A DNA stretch of 64,000 nt from Oopsacas minuta (Eukaryota; Animalia; Porifera). The notes beneath the pieces were generated by a model. That model worked only from the letters and a program-made list of their open reading frames with translations. It made no database searches and was not told the origin of the DNA. The DNA lies in the NCBI GenBank assembly GCA_024704765.1, contig JAKMXF010000222.1:744001-808000 (forward strand), in the 5' to 3' direction. Both the position numbers and the translations under genes were made by a program. Shown one piece after another: positions 11,089-26,000 of this stretch. How positions within the stretch are numbered: position 1 is the first letter of the stretch; every line of letters begins with the position of its first letter.

Positions 11089-12580
11089 CTGAAAAGAGTA
11101 AATAGATAAAACATTCATGAAAATCGTACAGCAGTGATGAAGTTATGAAAGATTAATCAATAGTTACTCTGAAAGTATACAACTTTAACTCTATGTATTT
11201 CGATCATACTCTTTATTAGTTTAATGATATTATTCATAATAATGGAACTCCAACAATATAAATAGATTGATAACTGTGCAATGAATTCAATGCTATTTTA
11301 GGATAAATACTTGGACAAAATTGGTCAGGTTCAGGCAAGGCTGAGGCAAGGCCGATTTCGAAAAAATGACAAAGTTTGGCCGAGGCTGAGAACGAGTACA
11401 CAGTTTATTCTGGCCTCTAGGGTGACCTGATTTGAGGAGTTTTACGGTATGTATTTATATAGATAAACCAAGTATATGAGCGGACTGTTTATTGTATACA
11501 ATGATAAATACAATGCGAGTATTATTATAGTTGGAAAGAACGACCACAAATAAAGTCCACAGTTTACATAATTCCGAATATTTTTGAATAATGTGGAGAA
11601 AAGGCTCACCCAGATCATAAATTACCCTAGGGACCGAACTACCTTAATCAAGCCTTGGCCCTAGGACAAAATATAACCTAAAATCTGGTTACGAAATATT
11701 TAAAACGGACAACCAGGGACTAAAAACAACTTTAGATTATTGGTGAAAAATCACTATTTTTCAATAGACGCAAAATATATAAATAATCTAAACACATAAT
11801 TATATTAACCTATACATATACTCATCAATTAATATTGTGTAGCTATTCAAGATTTTGGGGACTTGAGGCTTGTGAGTACATAGACAAGGCATACTTTGCC
11901 TAGTGTAAACCGCAATTGCCTAAATAGGTGAATTAGTATTAGAGTATTGAGAAAGATCACAATTTTCAAGCTCCTATTGAAAAATCAAGCCCCTACAGGA
12001 GACTCTGACGCAACTAGATAATCCCTTGTAGTCCGCATATTTCCATAATTTTCATGCTACAGGGACTCAACAAGCAATTTTCTTAAGCAATTTTCTTAAG
12101 CAATTTCCTCGTATTATATTATTAGATGAGATACATATATATAATTACTGTTCCAACTACATAAATAACTGTATATGTAGACGTGTCAAACATAAGAAAA
12201 ATAATGGTCTGAACACAAAAAATTGAAAAAAATTGTTATATATTTTAAATGCATTGGAGGATCATACTCAACTCCAGAAAATTCTTCGAAAATCCAACCA
12301 CGGGAAGTTAGAATTTCGGGGTAAAAACTTGGTGTCCAATATAATCGCCGGTGGTGAAAATGTAGGCAAGCAAGCGCATTCGATTCCTCTAGAGAAATCT
12401 TTACCATCATACTAGTGTTTAGCATCAAATTTCCAGCCGTTGGCATATATATTGACGATATTTGGAGGACTTTTGGCTAGCAACGCAAAATTTCCTTAGG
12501 AATGTATAACTTCCAGTTTTAAAAATTGTGACCTTTTTTCGACGCAACCAGGCTAGTTGAGTCTATTTATTCACATGTAA

Positions 12581-13187
12581 ACCCTCGATAGTATATTTAG
12601 CACGATTTAATAGATCGCCTTTGCTGTAGATTATCTCTTCCCTGGTATTTGTGAGAAATATAATTGTAACTGTTAAAGATATTCATTAGATGTAGATTAA
12701 GATATAAGACCAAGATATTTATGTTGAGTTGGCCAGAAAATTTTCAATTTGAATCGTCTAGTAATTACGCCGTATATATAATAGGGCAGAATTATAAATC
12801 ATGTGGATGGGCATAACCCAAATTCTATCAACTCGGAACTCTAAACATGGTGCCAAAACTAAACAATGTACATATATAGTTCCCAGGAGGTAGAATTTGG
12901 AATTTTGGATTATACACATCCTCACGATAAATATTTCTGCTAGAGTATATATAGGGAGTAGTAACTAGAGATTAAAAATAAAATTTTCTTATCAACTCAA
13001 CATAAATATCTTGGCCAGATACCTTGAATTACAACTAATAAACATCTTATACAATTACAATGAAAATTATCACAAATACATAAGAAGAAATCATGTAACT
13101 GTGGGAAATATACAAAAGAATTAAAAGAAAATAAGAGGCAGCAGAGGACGATTTAGTAAAATCGTGTTAAAATATACTATCGAGGGT
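12581..13187. mobile_element. Fold-back/MITE element with about 250-bp imperfect arms
   Basis: Ends ACCCTCGATAGTATATTT and AAATATACTATCGAGGGT; inner arms include CCAAGATATTTATGTTGAGTTG and CAACTCAACATAAATATCTTGG. Confidence 0.75.
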
Positions 13188-14409
13188 GAATATGTGTATA
13201 TGAAGACTCTGATAGCCTACCGGCGTCGAACAAGAGGAAAATTGTCAAAGGGTTCATTGATGCCTCTAAATAGCACATTGGTATAGTATTTTTGATCTGA
13301 CACAATTTGCGTTAGATGCAAAAGGGATACATTACCTTGAATAATTATGACGTACCATAGTGGATGAGATAGCAAATTTTAAATTAGAGATTTCAAAAAT
13401 TAGCCAGAATTCGAAATGTTTACTATAAAATTTACAATAATCTAGAGCGTAGCGAGGAAAAATCTGAAATTACTACTAGTGCGTACAGCTTAGTCGATTT
13501 TTATAATTTGTTTATAGCGGCAAATTTACGGTTCATCAAGTAACTTTCCAATAATACAAAAAATTTCCTGGCCAGTGGTCTCGACTGGCCAATATCAGTT
13601 CTTGAACAGAATTGAGGAAATATGAAATATTTCCGAACTATTGAACTTGAAAATTTCTTCATTAGATAAGTAAATATAATTGTTGAAATAAATTGAATTG
13701 GAGATTACAGTTGTATGTCTATTTTATTTTAAGAAACCCACACATTTCAATTCATCATAGTATAATTACTTGATTTATGAATATATCATAATTCATAAGA
13801 TCCAAATGAAGATGTATAATTGAAAATATCTGAATATGAATCTATATCCCTGATTATCCCATAATGCCGCTGAAACGAATTCTCTAGCATCATTTTGAAT
13901 TATCAGCCAAAAGGTGTAGAAATATGAATAATCTTATGACAACAAACATTCATAAACAGAATACTGGATTACCCCAAGGCCACTGTTAATGAGAAACTTG
14001 ATTCAGTTCCACATTAGATCCAACTGCATATGCATGCGGGCGGTGGTTCATTATCATTTATCTCATTATTTTGTGAGGTATCGCCTTGGAAAAATTGGTT
14101 CATTGCTTCATTCATTAAAAATAGTATAATTACTAACGTCAAATTTGATATGAAAATAGCTTAGACTATGAAAAAGATACTTCTGTTGCCAATTTATACA
14201 CATTGTAGTTGAAATACATTAAGTAAATGGTGAAATAATGACAATATTAGTGCGGTAGACAAATCAGATGCGGGCGCTGGAGCTGAAACATGCTAACTAA
14301 CAGTGGCCTAATGTAATTGTTTACCTTCCCTATATCGAGAACAGAAGGAAATGATAGCCCCTATATTATATATGCACATCATCTTCCCCTAGTATTAAAA
14401 TAAAAATTG

Positions 14410-15202
14410 GACAATAGCAGGCAGGATAAGTTGTTCAACTATTGTATGTGGCTTTCCAGCTTTAGCAATTAGAAGTGAAATGATATACGATGCAATCAAG
14501 CCATCATCGTTTTGTAAGTCCACTTATCTGAATATCTCCCAATGGTTTTGCGATTGTCTCTCAAGTTAATGAAAAATTCAACATCTCTATCTGTCTTGTC
14601 ACTGGTGCGGGATTCCAAATGATCGATCATACTCGATGGCTTCATCCCTTCATTAGAAAAAACTTGCTCGCAAAGCAGGCACGTTGGGAGTTGTTCATTG
14701 CTTGGAGATTAAACAAAGCTATATTTTATACAATCCCCGCGGTATATTGTCAACATTTCTTTTAACTGTTCATTTTCTGTGAATGAGTATTTATCAGTTC
14801 GTATTTGATTTCGAATATATTTATTTATATAGTTTAAGCACTTCGGCCGTTATATTTATTTTGAAAAACAACTTTGTTGTCATGATTCCGGAAGCTATTA
14901 CCAGTGCAATTATTGATTAGTCATAGCAAATCATTAAAAGTGAAATTTACTAATTATTGTATTGTTTGTTACGGGAAACCATTGACAGTGTGGTTAATAT
15001 ACTATCTAGCTCTGGTAACTACACTAAATGTTAAATTTTGACCATCAATATTCGGGACAACACAAATTTTGAAGTTCAAATATCGTAGATGATTGCTAAC
15101 AAAACGCATTAGCGTCCCCCTAGCGCCCCTTTCTATTATAGTGCCCACAAACAGCCTTTCAGTCCCCCTGGGGGGCGCTACTCCCTATTTTGAGAATCAC
15201 TG
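14410..15202 (-). mobile_element. Truncated hAT (Charlie/Buster-type) transposon 5' end
   Basis: Minus-strand translation PTCLLCEQVFSNEGMKPS..HL and DGLIASYIISLLIAKAGKPHTIVEQLILPA (14410-14730); hAT-type terminus CAGTGATTCTCAA at 15202. Confidence 0.85.
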
Positions 15203-15224
15203 ATGTATACTATTGAAATGCAAT

Positions 15225-15445
15225 AAATCAATATAGGTATATGTATGGATATATATGTTTGTATTACCAGAATTGATTGAAGAAACTGGAGGGCCCCCAG
15301 GGCTGATCTTTGGCATACAGGGGTATTTTGGGCCTGGCTCGATTAAGTTCGAGTCTTAGACGAAAATTCACACTTATGACGAAGTTATGACGTCATTGTA
15401 ACCTCTTTGGATTTCAAAAATCACATTATTAACCACTGCTCAGCC
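15225..15445 (-). repeat. Dispersed repeat family A, copy 1 (inverted relative to the other copies)
   Basis: Shares CCCTGTATGCCAAA, CTTCAATC..TTCT and ATAATGTGATTTT with 18815-18990 and 29400-29594. Confidence 0.8.
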
Positions 15446-17697
15446 AATATTTATGATAAAAGTTGGAACTTGAATCACAGGTAACACCTCAGTCCTGTTT
15501 AGATTAGCGAGGATTCGGATTAACGAGGTTAGAATTAGCTAGGGTCTACTGTAGTAATATACTACAAATAAATTGGTAAACGTAAATTGTGGCGCAATAA
15601 ACGGTTTGGCGAATAAAGCGGTTGCGGATTATCCGTTGGTACTGTATAGTAGAGATATCCAAAACATGTTGGCATTCAGCCACAAACAGAAGCGTAGCCA
15701 AGTAGTGCGGATCATTCGCAATTAATTGCCAAAACACTGTGTCCCAATGGTAAGAAATAAGTCAATAAGCTAAAGGGGTCGAATCTCCTAAATTTAAACT
15801 CTCAGGGGGGTCACCGGAGTAAAAGGTTTGGGAACCATCGTCTGTTTGTAATATTAAGTAGGTATAAATTAATATATTTTACCGTATGATGTAGATCTCG
15901 GGAAATTGCACAAGTATTAATGATATATCCTTGGAGATAACTCGTTTGCATGTATATAAACTATATTCTATTCATTGGGAAGTCTATTAATACATATCAT
16001 GTATCCTTTTTTGGGGAATTAAATCGCAATATGGTCAAGTGACCCATTAAATGTAAGGAAATTTTAAGCTGATAATGTGTCAAATCAACGTAGGGCTTCG
16101 GATAAATTTGATACCGGGGACATGTAGATTACGTATCAAAAATGCGGTGCATTTGTCCAGCGTGTCTCAATTCAGCTAAATTTCGAAGCTAAGTCACGTG
16201 AGTAAAATGGTTACTATTGATTCAATTATACTCACCTTCGCACGATTTGGTAACAATAGACATCAATCGAGGCCAATAATACAAATGGCGAATTCAGTTT
16301 AGATGGTCAATTTAATTCTTTATTGAAGGTTAGGGAAAAATATATTTCAAATGTTGTCAACCGTAAAATCGGGTTAGTGATATAGAATTCAAAATATCTC
16401 AAGGGGAATTATAGGAAGTTCTTGAAACATTCAACATTTCGCAACAGTCTAATGATATAGGGCATATATTAAAACTGATAAATCCCAATACAGTTGAAAT
16501 CGGCTTATTTTTTGACATTGGATTATTTGTCGTCAAGTCAGTGGACAAATTCTTTATTCAAAATTCCTGTATAAAATAATTGGATTTGATGTTTATTGAA
16601 TTCGGGATATTTTGTATCATCGGATCTTATTTTGTTTGTCTGTTGGCGTAATCAATTGAAATCTGCTCGAAATATTTTGTCTTTTAGTATATGTGTAATT
16701 GTGATTTTTCAAAATATAATTTACGAATTTTGCAGTCTTGGTGTTTATTAGCAATTGGTGTATAGTAGCTATCAAAATCGTCTTATAAATCTATTTTAGC
16801 CATATCTGTTATTTGTTGTTTCGTCAGTGCAATCAAATTGATAAATAACCCGATTTCAACTGTATAAGTGGGATAATGACCTCAAATAGATTAATACTAT
16901 ATCCACCTAAACAACACATCGTACTCTATAGGGCAAATATTGGAATGTTAACGTTCAAACTGAGAAATACATAGCAATTTGAAATTTGTCAGACAAAAAA
17001 ATTAGTTGGAAATATTTAAAGGACGAGGATGTGAAACTTTGTGACACAATAATCTGAAAGTATGCATCAGAAATTATTGAATATTTACGAAAATAGAAAG
17101 ACTTGGTTTCTACTCACGATTCACCAAGTTTGAGAAAAGACGAAGTTGGTGAAATGACGTTATGAATTGACGAAGAATTCCACTATGTGAACATGTACCT
17201 AGTAATGATGTAACAAGCACTGATTTCTGGGTAGGAAAAGCGACAAGAGGATAAAGGCAATCGCGAAAATCTATGACGCTCTATACTCAATTGTAGTATT
17301 GAGAAATTGGAATCAAGAGGAAATGATGTAATTATCGCTAAAAATTTTCCCATAAGTATAATGAAAACAGGTGGAACTGATGAAAAATTTCTAGTTTCCA
17401 GGGAGATCTCCCACACTAATCTATTACGGGAAGCCTAAATAGTTATGAAACGACATACTTATTCACACACTATCAATTCTAATCAGCAGAAATGGCTATT
17501 AGGAATTGAGATACACCATATCATTTGGTGTAGAATTACTATATCTATAACAATTTCATTAATAAAATATAGCCTCAATTATCGAATATCAGTTATAAGA
17601 AAAGAAAATATAAAATAAATAACTATAAAGAAGAAATCCTCAGTCATAGCCTACTCCACATAAGGCCTAAAGTAACTTGTGGATTTAGGACTACGGA

Positions 17698-18628
17698 CAC
17701 GTTACTCAATGAAACAAATTCTATTAGATTTCTATTTTACATAAACGGGGCAATTTTACTCAAATATATATTGCATATTAGTAGAGTAACTAATTATCGA
17801 CCATTTTATGCTAAGAATTTCAGGAATGTGGCAAAACATGTGTCTAGTAAGCAATTATTTGACGAAATATGCCATCATTGATCCCTTCTAGAACGTAAAA
17901 TATTGCGTATTTCATTTCAAAATGAATATACGAAATGGTCTATAGATACATTCATACAGAATTTCAAAAATGTGTGATATAAAAGTTGAACTGTTCTTAA
18001 GTTACAGGAGCGACCAGGGATGATACATTTGTTTGATAATCCACATTTAACTCGATAATCATTGAAATTATGGTAAATTCAAGATAGTCAATATATAGTA
18101 CATACTCGAATTCCCATACATTTTGATGCATTTTGTTATGATAACTCTTAAGCTTATTCTGGAAATGTACACCATATATAGTCCTATATGGGAAAATTCA
18201 CGATTACATCAAATAGGTGATGTCGGATATGTACCATATATTGGCTATCTTGATCTGACAATAATTTCAAAGATCATCGAGTTATAGGTGGATTAACAGA
18301 AAAATGTGTCATCCCTGGCCACTGCTGTAACTCAAGAATGGGTCAACCTTTGTAGAAAATTTTTTGATATTTGTACGAAGGATCGATAGATCGTTTCGTA
18401 TGTTCACTTTGAAAATAAAGTATGCAAAATATAACATTTTAGTATAGAAGAATGGTATATTTTAACAAATAATTGTTTACTAGACACATATTTGCAAAAT
18501 TCTTGAAGATTCTAGCATAAAATGGTTGATTATTAGTTACTCTACAAATATTCAATACATATATTCAGGTAAAATAGCACCATTTATACAATATAGAAAT
18601 CACATAGGATTTGTCTCATCGGTTACGT
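17698..18628. mobile_element. Large fold-back element (about 400-bp imperfect arms, about 130-bp loop)
   Basis: Examples: GAGTAACTAATTATCGACCATTTTATGCTA vs TAGCATAAAATGGTTGATTATTAGTTACTC, and CAGGGATGATACATTT vs AAATGTGTCATCCCTG. A partial copy lies at 31310-31620. Confidence 0.8.
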
Positions 18629-18814
18629 ACCCTGCTCCAATGCAAAAATGTGGATCACTGTGTCCTCTTGAAGAGAAAATGGGTTGGAATTGGATCAGTA
18701 CCTTTGCACATTCAACATCCGGGTCCATAAAATTTACAGGCGCCAAGTATTTTTCCCTTAAGTCACCTTCCTAAGAATAATTCACAATAATGGCAAAGGT
18801 ATTAACGATATTTT

Positions 18815-18990
18815 ATATTAATAATGTGATTTTCCGAAAATCCAAAGAGGTGACAATTTCGTTATAGGTGTGAATCCTGGTCCAAGACTGGAACTTGATC
18901 GAGCCAAGCACAAAAGACCCTGTATGCCAAAAGTCAGTCCTAGGGTCCTCCTAGGGTCCTCCAGTTTCTTCAATCAATTCTGGACACATA
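18815..18990 (+). repeat. Dispersed repeat family A, copy 2
   Basis: Similarity to 15225-15445 (reverse complement) and 29400-29594. Confidence 0.75.
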
Positions 18991-19467
18991 CATACATACA
19001 CCTAATCATAATGAAACCTGAGCACTTTCATCAACTAAAATGCATATAATGGCACAATACTATGTGAAATTGTCTGTTTCGCGATTAGTTGAATTTCCTG
19101 GAAATGAAAGTGGCTACTTGATCAAGTTGGATATTCTTTTTAAGATGCATCAGGATGTTCAACATTCCATCCTCATATATGATCAAAAACATAGCGAATG
19201 AATCCCAGGTTAATAAGCTCAATACTTGAGTTTAATTCTACGCCACCTTACTAGCTCAGATAAAACTGTGCAAGTTGTATGTATTAGCTGGCGTAAAAAT
19301 GAAAATGTTTAGCAATTATTTGTGGTCGAAATTTGGTTTATATAAATTCGTATCATTGTTTGCATTATTGAGCAAAATTCGAGCCAAGAACACCCCAGGT
19401 TGATCTTATTGAGCATCATTCCAAAGTAAATTATTGAAACACTGATTGGATATATAAATGAACTAAC

Positions 19468-19652
19468 CTGGATGCATTGATCAATAGTGTACTTATCATT
19501 AGGTACATGAGGTAGACATGATTTGAGAGCTAACATAATCTTTTCGAGAAATTCCTTAGATTTCACTTGCTCTACATCCTCTCTTAGTTTCCTTAAATGC
19601 TGGGATATCATTCCTCGAGGCTTTTGAGATCCACATTCACGAGAGAGGCGAA
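19468..19652 (-). CDS. ARHGAP35/5-like: p190 RhoGAP coding exon 4 (FF domain)
   Basis: Acceptor CCCTTTAG (phase 1) and donor CAG|GTTAGT (phase 0); 185 nt. RECGSQKPRGMISQHLRKLRE...LPHV aligns to p190 [21 protein letters not shown]...LIPNL. Confidence 0.88.
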
Positions 19653-22600
19653 CTAAAGGGCATGAAATGTTAACGAATAATGTACAGATAAATAAATCTA
19701 TATACAGTAGAAATTTGGTATTGTGCAGCTGAATTTTTTCGCAACTGTTGCTTTTTGGCTCCTTGCAATTGTTTTTCTCCATATTACTATTAAAATACAA
19801 AATATTGCTATCAGTGAGGCAGTCTGTCTAAGGCTGATGAAAGAACTCAGTTATTATAGAATAGTTAGAATAGCTGAACTATATACTAAACTTCGTTTTT
19901 GTAGTTTGTAAAATATAGACCGAAGACAAGAGTCGTATTAAGAAAAGATACATGAATCAGCTACAAGCTATCTTCTACCCTTACCTCGTGACGAAATATC
20001 ACTTAAATATATGAAAAATGAGTTGTGTGGTTCATATTGTTTAGGGATGATGGAATTGGCATACTGGGGATTTGCTACCCTAGCTAATGGAATTTCTCCT
20101 CAAAATCAGGGTAACATTCTATATGTACAAACCATGGTTACCTCAAAAGTCAATTTTACATTCACAAATTGAATTTTCTTATTTTTACACCGCACTAACT
20201 TTAAGGTTGTTGATGTATATTGAGCGAAACTCTGGTTGTGTATTATCAATGTTCAGGTGTATCATCACAAATAATTCCAGCAATATTCAGTAAAGGCTCC
20301 ATATGAAATGCGTGTAATCATATGATTGTTCTAGCAAAAAACTAAAAAATACTCCATCTTTGGATAAATGGTTAACCATGTGGGCAATTATCTATGTATC
20401 AGAAACTTGTATCAACGAAATATATAGAACAGATCTATAAATGTAGCAAATTTAAATTTAGTGTCTAATCACCTTCATTGTGTTTGGCAATAAGTACTTT
20501 GAGCCATTTTAGACTTTTATACATTATTGTCGGTGATAATGCATGTGATATAATAAATTCGGAACGGGCTCATGCCGAAAATATAGGCTATGTAAGTAAT
20601 ACACTTGTTTCTTATCCCCGAACGCCCCAAATTTTGTCCCCGGCTGGAAAGATTTTATTTGTATTTTTCCAACTTTATGGATAATTCTGTGCTCACCTAG
20701 TGTGCAATCCACATTTTTACTAGCTGTATAGTGAAAAATTCAATATTTTTAACTCCCCCCAGAGAGAATGTGGCGAGACGATCGAAGAGTAAAATATTTT
20801 ATTTATTTACTGGTCTATAAAAATTATTAATAAAATACCGCCCGCGGTGCAAGTTTCCGAAGAAATTCAGGATAAGAAACAGGTAATAAATTTTAGATGA
20901 CCTTAGTTAGAATAGTTAGGAACGATTTTGCATCCCCTCGTATCACAAGTTAAATATTTGTTTGGAGGTAGAATTGAAGATATTTGGAATCTAAAGAAGA
21001 ACTTTGCTGAAATCCATTGATTGGAATTAATTCACGCACTTAACATGTCCTAATAGTTTTGAGTAAAGCTAGAACAAGTTAGAAAACAACACCAATAGAT
21101 AACTACAAAATTAGTTATAACAACAGAAAAATGAAGTGGCACATGTAATAATAACAGCATAATTGAGTGGCACTCAACGGGTTAATGTTTCGTGATTTGA
21201 GGAAAATTTTGTAAATGGAAATGAAATATTTATATTTTGAAAAAATAGAAGTTTCTTGTGAGAAATTCAATCCTAATTATTTGGGTCAAATTGGTTATAG
21301 AACAATATACTTATTCACAGCGAATAATTGCTATCAAAACTCAGAAAAATGAGCTACAGTATACCCTAATTTATCGGAACAGCTTAGTTATTCATTTTCG
21401 ATTTCCGTGTTCGGATAAGTGAAATTGCTCAGATAACTGAATTAGTGAATTAACTATGGGAAACTCACAGCTCAGGGATTATATGATAGCTCAATATCTC
21501 GCTTATCCGAACAGTAGGAAGCATATTATTTATGTGAAAATATTCTAAAAGTAACCTTAACGTGGGGTTTTATACTACCTTAGTATTAGATTTTTGGATG
21601 GGATCATTTTAGCCCCATATTGCGATAAATATTGAGTTAAATATTCCAAATTACAAATAATAATTTTCGAGGTGCGGATAATCGAGGGTCTACTGCATAG
21701 GCGTAAAACCTGGGGAGCCGCACCCTACAAATTATGAATGAATCATGGAAACAATTATGTGCATATTGTTTTTGAAATACATTATTTACACTTGGTTAAA
21801 TACAAGACAAATTTGAGATAACATAATAGATATATGTCGTAGTTTTAGTTAGAGAATCAAGTAATAAAATATGAAAAAAGATAGGGCTATGAAATTTAAC
21901 AACATATCACATACAATATCAGAATATTCATATATTTTGACCCAATCTACATATTGGGGTAGCAGTACCCTATTATAGAAGAGGATTTTCCGTCAAATAT
22001 CACGGTCTGACAGACTAAACAAACATTTTCAAAAGGTGTTTGCTCTGAAATTGCACCAGCAAGTTGATGGGTATAATGCTCTCCCAAAATGCAATAAAAC
22101 CAGATCCCTATATTTATCGTCTAAAGTGGCCTATTTTACACCGAAGGCATCCATTAATGAGGTCATAAGTTATTTATTTGTATGACGCTACGTGTAGTCT
22201 TGGAGGTCTATGGAATCTGTGCAATATCAACTCTGGGCAGTAGATATTTCCAGAACAATATTCAAAACCGCCGAACTCTCATATTTCGCTCACTTACCCC
22301 CAAAAGCATTAGGACCATCTACCTTTTTCCCCAGACCTGAGTGTAATGTTATGCCTATGGTCTACTGTATAAAATAATAAACAATCGAACTATTTAACAA
22401 TTTTATACACTCTCTAGATTTGGTAATATAATATAATGTATTAAATTAATATAATATAATTTATACACAAACGCGAAGGGGAGGTGAGGGATGGCGCGAT
22501 CATCGAAGAGGGCGAACCACAGAAAAAGGTTGAGAAACGCTGCTATAAATAATCTGGTCTCTCTAACTAGCAACTTAAGTTGATCAATAAAAGTATTCAA

Positions 22601-22666
22601 GTACCTATTGATAATGGACCTAGGTATGTGGTTAGAAAAACCCTAAATAATAATTAGATCACAAAC

Positions 22667-23120
22667 CGAAAATAGCATCAGATTTAATTTTTGGAATAAT
22701 CTGTGCAACTTTGAGTCTGAAATTTGTAACTTCGCTATCGATAAGCTTTTGAAATGACACAACCATCTCATTAATAGTTTGGTCATAAGTAAGAAGGGCA
22801 TCCACATAAGGTAAATTTTTGACTGGAGATAATTTCTTTGTGACTTGATTAGCAATTAACAATAATGGAACTTCCAAATTTATCCCTTTAAACACAGATG
22901 TTTCCACAACGGGATAGGTTTTTCTCTTCGTGGATAACTGGATCAAATAATTCAACATATCACGATCTAAGTTATCACACTTTGAAGCTACAAAAACTAT
23001 CGGCTTCTTTGTAGTGATAAGAACAGGTAAGAGCCTTTCTGCATACTTTTTCTGTGATTCTTGATCGGAAGTCTTGCCTAAAGATACATCAAAGACAAAA
23101 ATGAAGCCATCAATGTTAAC
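22667..23120 (-). CDS. ARHGAP35/5-like: p190 RhoGAP coding exon 3 (GTPase G4/G5 and start of FF1)
   Basis: Acceptor CCCCTTTAG (phase 0) and donor G|GTTTGT (phase 1); 454 nt. Encodes VNIDGFIFVFDVS...KKPIVFVASKCD...VVETSV...LPYVDAL, matching p190 DGFLLGIDVS, KKPIVVVLTKCD, VVETSA and IPYFEAL. Confidence 0.93.
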
Positions 23121-26000
23121 CTAAAGGGGAGTACAAAACGACAAAATTAAGAAAGGTAAGAGACTTGGAAATATAATCGAAGTTGGTCAAACTGGAGAAA
23201 ACAACATTCTTAGTAGTAAATAGTCTATTCAGAAAAACGTTTCACAACTTTTTGATAAAGTGAAGTTAGTTGTTAAATAAGTCAGTGGATCACAACTTCA
23301 ATATTATAGGCCGCCAGACGTGTATGACTCACTTTTGGCGAAAATATATTTAGGGACATGAAGATAGAGGATCTTCCTATACCTGATTAAACACTAATTT
23401 ACTGATTTAGGAGTATGAAAATTTGGGAGGAGGAGGGATTGGAGCGTGCTCCGAATAAACAACATAACTCCGTGTTATAGACCCAGGTAGAAAATAAACT
23501 CTTACAAAATCTTCAATGATATATAATACTAGTATATGTAATTGCAATTGATATTTCAACAATTAATAATATTTTGGACTGCTCATGATGTGCGGCTAGA
23601 AAATGCTGAACCATTCGACGAAATTAATCATGTTGAAGCATGCTAAAGTCATTTCCTATGAATCAGGAATTTGCTTAGACCACCACAGAGCTGCAAAAGG
23701 GTCAACAAACGTGATCAATGATCTACTTGACATAACTGAAGTCCAATAGAAAATTTCAAACTAAACACTTTCAAACGGTACATATAGTTACTAGAGGGTG
23801 TGTAATGTGACTTGACAGCCCTATTCATTTGTATTGAAAAGTGTGACACAGGAAGGGGGCGAAATTTTGGGAATTTTGTATTACTAAATTAGCGTTTATA
23901 TACCCTTCGCAAATATACATACATTCCGATTTTTCCCACTACATGAATTAGATTGAATTCGGAAGATCTTCTGACATCCCACTATTCCCCTTATAATTGC
24001 AATGCAATTCTCCTTTTAGGAGAGTGTTTCGAGTGAATTTGTATAGCCACTTCCTCTAACGAGGGGATATTGAATGAGAATTAATTTTTATACTATCTCC
24101 TAATGGTTATCAGTTGAATATAAACTTTGTACAAAATTCAACCTGATAAATCAAAGATTTCAATTGATCATTGCTATAAATACTTGTTTTTAAACAAATG
24201 TAGCCCAAAAATAAATAATAATATAATATTTCACCTTGAATTACACCTTATAGAGGTAAATGTTAATGTTAGAAGGCATTGTTAATCTTTAAGTATTTCC
24301 TATTTAGTACTCCCCGCTTATAGAAGTTCGTTGCAATGAAAATGAACGAATTAAGAACAAATATCCTTGCAAAACAACGTTGATAAAAATGAGAATAAAA
24401 GAAAAAGTGTGAGAGGTATTATAACTAAAAGTATTTTCGATTACAGAAATTCAATTTCAATTAGCTGGGAAATATGACAAGTATGAAATTAACAGAATAT
24501 TCGACCAGCAGTAGTTCAACGACGAATTTGACTAATTTACTATAGTCAGAATGAAAATATTGTTGGACCATTGAAAGATGAGATACGGACGTCTCGGAAA
24601 ATGAATTTATATTTTATAAACTTTAATTTTTTTAATAGAAATTGGTGCTACTTAACAGAAGTCCACATATGAATTTAGTATTCTTAAACAAATTATTCAT
24701 CCTGAAATCATGGGAACGCATTCCTGCTGTATGGACGTTTAGGTATTTAAAATATTACGTTAAAATAGTCAAAGAGTTTTGAGATATTTAGTTTTGAAAA
24801 ACTGTCTTCTTTGAGCCGAGTTCTATTAGATTTGTACTAACACAAATTTAATGAAACATTATAGTAACGCATTAGATTATTGCCGACATCAACTGTTTGA
24901 TGTAATACGAAATGATTTGTGAATTTAAATATAGTTTTCTTTATTGGTGAAGTGATATTAAATTCAATAAACACGAAACCATTCATCAATATACACAAAA
25001 TACATCAAATTATATGATTATATGATCCTTGCATAGTCTTGATTTGTAGTGTTACGAATTAATGTATTTAGTTGTTGTGTACCTCACAAGTAGGCAACAG
25101 AAGTTATGTAGCCATAAGGACTCACATATATATTCTAGGTTAGATTATTTATCTTCACTTTTACTGTTATCAAAATCTATTTCTATCGTTCTTACTTGTC
25201 CCTTTCATTGTTCATCGCTCGTAGGGTGTATGATATTGCTTCAGATATAAGCTGTGTTGCACAACATTAAAGGAGCGCGCTCGATTTATGATTCAGGAGC
25301 GGCGCTCTATTTTTGAAAGAGCGCGATCCTATTTTATGCAAACAATTTACAAATTTCATTGTTATTCTGCTTCAAATTCAGTATTCTTGCTATAAAATTG
25401 GATGTTGGGACAATTTGGCATAATTCATAATTTATTGAAATGGCTTGACGTTGCACATTTATTAATTTCCCGTATGTACAATGGTTAAATTCAATCTAGA
25501 TAACTTAAAATACAAATCTCATGTTATTCTGAAAGAATGAAAAGGAAAGTAATTGGAGCGAGAGGCGGAGTAGGGAGCGTAGGTGGAAGCAAGTTCCCTT
25601 TCAGCGCGATCAAAAAATTAGGAGCGCTTAATGCTTTGCTGTCTTGTTAGTACTTTCCAGCTAATGCACCTGCCAATGGTTGTCCCTACCTTCACTAGTC
25701 CGGGCCTATATGGGTCAGAGGTGAAGATTTTTCAAATTTCCCACCCCTGGGCCATTTCAAATGTCAAATACCCTGTCTTTTCTCTTATTTAGGTTGCTAG
25801 GGACAAAATAATCTTTACTTATGTAATGTTATAAGTCTAGATATCAAATGCTCGCATAATTTGGGGTCAATTCTCCCATAAATCGTCACTTATTGCCAGA
25901 CCCGCCTGGAGGATCTGGATAAAACTATTGATAAGTGCATGATGAGTATGCTAATAGAGGTAAATATGGAAACAAAAACATAAATAGCTCAGCGATACTA

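Noticed and set aside
12072-12106. 13-bp tandem repeat (AAGCAATTTTCTT about x2.7)
   Set aside because: Ordinary slippage duplication with no further structure.
17200-17500. Possible LINE endonuclease relic (DVIIAKNFPI resembling IIxGDFNI)
   Set aside because: A single degenerate motif with no RT sequence nearby; too weak to call.
22643-22666. Apparent 24-nt micro-intron (GTTTGT...TTTAG) after exon 3, leading into ORF 22403-22600
   Set aside because: Splicing it gives an immediate stop. The exon at 19468-19652 has the right phase and aligns much better to p190. The ORF runs into a hAT-type MITE end (CAGCGTTTCTCAACC).
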